From assembly GCA_012295275.1 (NCBI GenBank), contig CM022679.1, positions 21,452,001 to 21,516,000 on the forward strand: a stretch of DNA of 64,000 nucleotides. The letters are read 5' to 3'. Every line of letters begins with the position of its first letter. The stretch's first letter is position 1. Source of the DNA: Chrysomallon squamiferum. Lineage: Eukaryota; Animalia; Mollusca. A program made the position numbers and the translations under genes. The notes under the pieces are model-generated. The model saw nothing but the letters and a program-made list of their open reading frames with translations. It searched no databases and was not told where the DNA came from. Below, piece after piece: positions 56,670-64,000 of this stretch.

Positions 56670-56770
56670 TATTGTCTGTGTAGTCAATAACCATTAATAT
56701 GTATGACCCATACAACCATAATCGTGATAATGTGCTGGTTGTGGGTGTTAAATAAAACATTACTTCCTTG
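56670..56770 (+). mobile_element. Probable SINE 3' tail fragment
   Basis: TCTGTGTAGTCAATAACCAT...ATGTGCTGG...GTTAAATAAAACATTACTTCCTT resembles the 3' end of a gastropod SINE family as I recall it. Not verified by search. Confidence 0.4.
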
Positions 56771-57014
56771 CTGTTAGAATCAAAACACCTCGCAGACTGA
56801 AAACTGCACTTCAGCTGCTAATGGAAGATGATGCTGTGAAATGGAGAAAGCTTATCACTGAAGATTTGTTTTGTGTGGTCGAGGCTGGGTAATTGAGTGT
56901 GATACTGATCTCTGGGTTTAACGTGGTTTAAAATCACTCTCTGGGTGTCACCAGGACTGTCCTAATTGGTCATCACCTGTTGACACTTTGCTTCCATTAA
57001 TATTCCTCTTGTCA

Positions 57015-57262
57015 TTTTAATATATGGCTAGTTAGTGTTGATATAATCACTGAATAGTGACATTTAATGTGCTGCTAGCTAGGGTATATATATAATCACC
57101 GAATAGTGACATTTAATGTGTGGCAAATTAGTGTTGATATAATCAGTGAATAGTGACATTTGACACATATCTTACTAATGTTTAAATGATTGTTGAATAG
57201 TGACATTTAACATGTATCTAATTAGTGTTGATATTCTCACTGAATAGTGACATTTGACACAT
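57015..57262. repeat. 47-bp minisatellite, 5 copies
   Basis: AATAGTGACATTT core at 57053, 57102, 57149, 57196, 57243. Confidence 0.9.
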
Positions 57263-57816
57263 ACTTAACAATGGCTGCTATTTCAGCAGCTTTAAAATTC
57301 CTCGACTTAGTTGAAATTTTAAAAATCCCTTGATATTACTACATCCTGCTTTAATCGTCTTATCACTTTTTTCTCTGATGTTTTTTTCCCCTGGAACATT
57401 TCTTGTCATGAAACAGTATTTGTACAAAATCTTACTGAGTGGAAAAGAAAGCTTATAAAGATATTAAAATATCAGTTTTTGTGTCCCATATTCACTTAGT
57501 TTATATATATCTGTGTACTTTCATGTTGCAACATGAACTGTTTTAAAATCTTTGCTTAAATGTAAGACTGTTTTAAAAAATTAAAGATCTGTAGAATGTG
57601 TCTCTGTATAAAATAATAAAATTTGAAGTGAGATAGAAGAAATAATTAGATGAGATATCACAGTGACCTTTAATTTGTTTATATTGTTTGTTTAAAGAAA
57701 GAAATATTTTTTGTTTTACAGTTATTTCTTCATTCTGAAAGTTAATTATCTTATTTATTATTTCTAGATGAAATTAAATATTTGGAAATTATTTCTTTGT
57801 TTATCAGTTATAAATT

Positions 57817-58217
57817 TGTGACCCATCACATCAATTCAAGTCTTATTTCACACAGCCTAATATTAAGCTAAAGTTAAAAATAATGACACAAACATTTTCT
57901 ATTTTGATATTTTGTTGAAAATGGGTTTATTATAGACTTTGATCCACTGGCAAAATTGATAGCTATTAATCCTAAGGTGTATTTTAGAGAACTTTTATGA
58001 ATAATGTTATTTGCTAGATGCCTTATTTTCTGAGAAAGGGTTTTTTTTTTCCACCAACTTTACCAATTGCAAGGACATTTATTTTTGGATCTAGCAGAAA
58101 AATATAGGGATGAATGAAGTATTGAAATAAAGATTATGGATTCATGAATCTCAAAATGTTCATTACTCCAGTCAGTCAAACTGTGACTTGAGACTTGTTT
58201 CAGTGTAGTGGGTCACA
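57817..58217. mobile_element. Non-autonomous DNA element (MITE-like) with ~35-bp imperfect terminal inverted repeats
   Basis: Left end TGTGACCCATCACATCAATTCAAGTCTTATTTCACA versus the reverse complement of the right end TGTGACCCACTACACTGAAACAAGTCTCAAGTCACA. No ORF and no clear target-site duplication. Second partial copy at 46833. Confidence 0.75.
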
Positions 58218-58873
58218 GTTTTTCTTTTTACTTTATTCTTTGAAATTTGTATATTTTAAGTGTATCATAGACTCTAAAAAGGCGAAATAAATTAAATCTT
58301 CTTATTTGTTATTCTTTGCAAATTTGATCTATCTAAATACTGTACTATCTTTTTTAAATTAAAAATTATAAATCCATCACATTCTAATCTGAACTTAAAA
58401 TTGAATTAGCTTTAAGTCTTTATTTTCTATGTAAAAGATTAAATAGTATGAGACTATTTCATTACTTTTTATAAGTATATTAAGTATATTAAATATATTT
58501 CTCAGTCTAAATATTAAAAATCTTAAGCCTATTTTTGTTTATAATTCTTTCACAAACATCTTAAATCCATCAATTTGCATTCTAAATCTAAAAATTAAGT
58601 ATTTTGAATCCATTTGTTTACTTTTCTCACTCTAAGACTGAATTATCTTGAAAATACTTATTTATTTTATGAATTATCTTAACTTGATTGATTTCCTTAA
58701 CTCTAAAAATTAATTATCCTGAATCGAAGATTTAATATCCTAAATTTAAAAAATTAATTTTTTAGAGAAAAACCATTTAATTTCCTAAATTTAAAAATTA
58801 CATATTTACAATTACACTCTGTATCTGAGTAGTTTTCATTCATGAAACCTTTTACACTAAATATTCTACACTG

Positions 58874-58908
<35 letters not shown>

Positions 58909-59196
58909 AAGAAAAAAGTCTACAAAAACCCCCTACAAGAATGGAAAAGCTATTTATCAGTCTATCCCAGTTTTGCTTGAAACAACTAAGTATCTGCATG
59001 TTGCCAAGGAAATACTCATGTTGCAGATTTCCTGATAGTATTGACAAACACATCAATAAATAAACCCACACAGAACTAAATATCTGGGAGTTCGTTTGAC
59101 CTTCTGTAATAATGTCTGCCAATAAAAACATAAATATTCTGTAGATCTGATCTCCTTCATCCTTCTTTTTCTCCTCCACTTAAAAGATTTAAACTG

Positions 59197-59286
<90 letters not shown>

Positions 59287-59889
59287 TGTGTATGCATGTA
59301 TGTAAGTATGTATGTATATATGTATATTTTCAAGCCAAAATTATTTTCTGTTTTTTCCACTGAAAAAATTATTTCTTTTCTTCTTTGTCTTTTTTTGTTG
59401 ATTTTTAGTGTTTATTTTTTTTTAACTCAAATCAAATTTGCATTAATTCTTCATCTTTTTTTTTTATCTCTCACAGAATCAAATCAGAGTTCTTTTTTCT
59501 TACCCTTAGTTTTATATTTGTTTTTCAGTTAACCGAAACAGAGTATAATTCTGTTTGATAAATCACTGCGTGTGAGATGAGAGCTTAAAAGCATGCTTGT
59601 CGCAGACTGTTTGATGTTGACACAGTGAGACAGATTTTTGATGTTTCTGTTGAAACGGTTGCAGAGCTGAGTGTTCGAATATTTTCTGCTAACGTCAGAT
59701 CACGTTAGTGATTAATAATTTCTGCCGTGTTGATATTGGAAATCAGAACTAGAGCTTCCTGTACAAATAACTGTAATATCAAACTTGACATTTTGTTTTT
59801 GCAAATTGTTGAGAAGATAAGGCGTCACTTGGACATGCACTAGAGATAAGGTTTAGGCATTTTTTGATTATAAACTACAAGGATGTAAT

Positions 59890-60295
59890 GTCAGGTTTTA
59901 GACTGGTAGGTTTCAGTTTAAGGCACATTTTCAAGGCATGTGTTTCTAAAAATAAGGCACAGGATTAAAACTGGTAGATTTTATGATTGAGGACAAGTTT
60001 AATGCTGGAATATTCTAGTATTAAGGCACATCTAAGGCTAATGAATTCTAATAATAAGTAACATGTTTATAGCTAGTAGAATCTAGCACTGAGAAATGTT
60101 TAAAGCTAGTAGAATCTAGCACTAAGAAATGTTTAAAGCTAGTAGAATCTAGCACTGAGAAATGTTTAAAACTAGTAGAATCTAGGTTAAAGGGTTAAAG
60201 CTGGACTATTCTAGTTAATATTAAAGGATATTTCAAACTAATGGATTCTAATGTTAAGTCTGTTTTAAAGCACGGATTCAAAACTGGCAGGTTTC
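59890..60295. repeat. 33-bp minisatellite (~4 good copies at 60062-60186) with decayed flanks
   Basis: Unit AATGTTTAAAGCTAGTAGAATCTAGCACTGAGA, with GCTAGTAGA at 60072, 60105, 60138. Confidence 0.88.
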
Positions 60296-60559
60296 AATGA
60301 ATATTTTTGCACTAAATTCAGCAAATAATCCTAGCCATGGACCCACAGCCTGTGTTTTATGTGGCCAAAACAGACAGTTTTATTACAGTTTATTTCACTT
60401 TGACACAAAACTTTGCATTTCAAAATCTTGTCCCTAGACAGAGAGGCTTGATTCTTTAGTGAATAAAGAACATAACAAACTGTTGAGTAAATCCTATCTC
60501 TGATAGTTTTATTGAGAAATAAATATCATTTCAAGGGAACCAGACACCAGCATATGTAT

Positions 60560-60897
60560 GTGCACACACAGACAAACACATATATACATAAACATACAGA
60601 GATACACACCCAGACACACACACACACACACACACACACACAACCACACACAAAACACAACCCACAGAAATACTCACCCTCCCCACACAAACAAAAACAG
60701 ACAGACATACAGACACACACACACACACACTAACACAGGCAGACACACCCTGCATACACACACACACACACACACACAAAAAACACAGACACTTACCCCA
60801 ATCACACACAAACTAAAACAGACATACAAAACACACACACACACAAACACACACACACAAACACACACACAAACACACACACACAGACACACACACA

Positions 60898-60963
<66 letters not shown>

Positions 60964-61050
60964 CTCACACACACACTCACACACCCACACAAACACACAG
61001 ACACACACATACATACACACAAACACACTCACACACACACACACACACAC
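60560..61050. repeat. Long degenerate (CA)n microsatellite
   Basis: Direct inspection. Explains the HT/CV ORFs. Confidence 0.95.
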
Positions 61051-62577
61051 GTAAGTGCACATCAGCAGATTATTAACTGATTGTGATGCTGCCTCGCTGA
61101 GGATGCTCTGAGGCTTTGCTAAATTGACGAGCCTTGTCGCTGATGAATCACTATTTGATTATTCTGATGCTTTTATCTACTTACAGTCCAGTCATTGCAT
61201 TCTGGTCAAGAATCTCCGAGGTTAATGGCTTTTATGATAATATAAAAGAAAACTTGCTGCCATTCCTGCGAGTCTGTGTTATTGGTTTACTCTGAAAGGC
61301 TTTTGTGATCGCGGATATTATTAACTTTCGGGAAAGGAGGTAGATTAAAACGTGTAAAAGTGCACAGGTCGGAATGTGAAATCAGGTGGCCATGTTGTGA
61401 TTATGGAGATAATTAAGATGCATTTGCTCTTACTGAAGACACCTTGATGGGTTTTGTGGGTTAAACAGTTAGCCTGAAGGTTCAGTGTAACTTAGATTCT
61501 TTGAAGCTTAAATTAATTAAGTATTTGAATAGCTTGGATACAGTGGACCCTGAATTAACTGAACAGTTTAGATAAAACTGAGAAATTCTATTTATTTGAT
61601 TATAAACTTAATTAAATGGTTTTGGGTTCTTGATTAAATTAACTAAATTCATTAAAAATGACAAAATACATTGAAAACAAAACAAAAAGAAAGAATTAAG
61701 TGAGCTAAGTAATTATAATGATAGTTTTACATACAGTAGACCCTTGATTAATCAGTGTTAAAAGTGACAGATGCTAGTTAAATAAATATTCAAATAACTT
61801 GCATCCTACAGACCTTTCACCACTCTACAAGATTTCATGTAATGAGTTATCTCCCCTAAGTACTTTCACTTTCATTAACCAACATTTTTAGTGAGAACCA
61901 TATTCGGGTGAATGGATCAGATCATTGACTTGTTCATCAACAATTATTTCTCCATTCACACCTATTTCCAGTAGAACAGACAATAAGAAATCTGTGTTCT
62001 TGAATATCTTTACATTCTTACTTTAACAATTATTTTGTTATTTTGTTCGTTCTGAAGTCCTGACTGAAAATAAAAAAAAATTGTCGTTCTTAAAACAAAA
62101 TGTATAGTTGAAATAAAAGGACGAAATAAAATTTTGATTGGAAAAGAAAAGTTCCTGATGATTCTAAAAGAGAATATAAAATTTAAATAAAAGAGTGAAT
62201 TGATGAGATTCTGAAATAGAAATTTTGATTGAAAAATAGGATTTCCTGGTGATTGTAAATTTGAATATAAAACAGAAGTAATAGATTGAGTAGGTGAATG
62301 ACTCGGCTGAAACATTTGTAACTACAAGTGGATGAATAAATCAATAAATAGTTTTAATGTTACAAGCTTTTCTTTTTTTGGTTTTACTTCATTATTTATT
62401 TATTTATTTATTTATTATTTATTTATCTATTTATTTTATTTTATTTTATTTATTTATTTATTTGTTATGCTATGCTATTTTTTATTTATTATAATTTTTT
62501 TTTCTAATTTTTTATTTTTATTTTTGAGTAAGTGTTTTTAATTTTTAATTATTAAAGATTTTATTGGAATTGTTTTT

Positions 62578-62614
<37 letters not shown>

Positions 62615-64000
62615 GTATTATTATTTTGTTTCATTTTGTATATGTTGGTATAGTAAAAAATCACCAGCTACTTTTATATATACCAACCCATAGACAGGAG
62701 AAAAAATGTGTAACAAATCAACTGTCTTGAAATATCACACTGTGTACACCAAAAAGGGATTGAATGAGGAAATTTTCAGACTTCATAATGAGAAGTCTAA
62801 CAAATGAAATGAATCTAATGACATTAATAACCTTACAGCAATTACCAGACGGTGTAATAATCAACTGTTAATTTGAACGTGAGTTCTGTTACCACTGTCA
62901 TCTTGCTCAGGTCACTCACCTCACTTTCCCTGACACACTAGATGTGTTTGCTGACTGTGATGTAACAGGTTGTTAGACCAACAATACTGTTACCTGTCAG
63001 AAAAGATGCTTTATCGACTTTTTTTTTTTTTACACAGGTGCAGTGTCAAAAATCTCTAATAAGTAATAAAAAAAAATAATAATAATAATAAGAAAAGAAA
63101 ATAAAAATAGAAAAGAAAAGAAACAGAAGAACATGCTGTTTAGAAATTAACCACTATTTAGGTAAAGGTAATTCAGATTTAGTGATGAGAGACCAGGATG
63201 TAGAGGCCATGTTCTCTAGTGACGATGACATGGCAGCCATTTTTGTTTTTAAAAATATTTATACCTAACTGCAAACAGGATTATTTCTGACATTGATTAC
63301 ATATATCTCTTCATGTGAGTTTTTTTTTATGTGTGTCAAACTTCAGAATCAAATTATTTTTAGTTAACCAGTATTTCATTCTAAGGTGTAAAAAAAAAAA
63401 AAGATTTTAAATATAAAAAGAAAGAAGAAGAAGAAAAAAATCTATTCAATTTTCTTCTCTCATTTTCTTGAGTCCACAGGGGTTTTAACCATTTTGTATC
63501 AATTTCACTTTCTAATCTGTAATTTTAGTCAAAGTAATCGATAATAATATTGTGCAATTTTTATCTTTTTTAGCTACAAAACTACAATAAAAATAGAAAT
63601 AATAGCTGTTAAAGAATCTATTAAGAGGAATATTTGATTTAAAAAAAATAATAGTAAAAAAATATAAAAATAAAATAAATAAATAAATAAAAATGATGCA
63701 AATGAAATCAGAAGATTGAAACACAGCCAGTGGCAAATGTAGTAAAAAAAAATATTTAAAAAGATTTATTTTAGATGAAATAAATAAAAATAAATACATC
63801 CATTGTTAAAATAATTAAATTGAGGTACTGGCAAACATTAGAAAAACTGTTGTAGCTTGACAAAACTGAACAAAAAATTTAATTAAATCTGACAATTTCC
63901 TTAAGAAGCAAGCCAAAGTAAAGTGAATAAATTAAATGAGGGGTTGAGAAAAACAAATTTCAGTTAAAGTTGTTTAATAATAAGAGTTTGGGGTTTTAAG

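Noticed and set aside
1300-59300. Frequent TGCATG (Rbfox element) on the + strand
   Set aside because: The reverse complement CATGCA is at least as common by eye, consistent with TG/CA enrichment from CpG decay rather than strand-specific RNA motifs.
649-61150. CTGATGA words (649, 1226, 13916, 44628, 52504, 61140) as hammerhead ribozyme cores
   Set aside because: None is followed by a stem II and GAAA in the required arrangement.

Overview
This is eukaryotic (animal-like), strongly AT-rich, CpG-poor, apparently non-coding DNA, consistent with a very large intron or a gene desert. I found no supportable protein-coding gene, rRNA, intact tRNA or CRISPR array. The listed ORFs are translations of microsatellites, minisatellites or short chance frames. 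The window contains (i) dense microsatellites, (ii) many unrelated minisatellites and decayed tandem repeats, several with 27-28 bp units and internal palindromes, one with clear higher-order structure, (iii) old fragments of tRNA-derived SINEs and a ~400 bp MITE-like element with terminal inverted repeats, and (iv) short higher-complexity, CpG-retaining islands that are candidate regulatory or structured-RNA elements. The SINE fragments resemble, from memory only, a gastropod mollusc SINE family, so host identity is tentative. I do not see a convincing new biological system. The best leads are a run of five hairpins at ~36.3-36.46 kb, a CRE-like motif cluster at ~13.9-14.2 kb, a competing-stem island at ~51.4-51.6 kb, and a fold-back microsatellite at ~27.5-27.8 kb.
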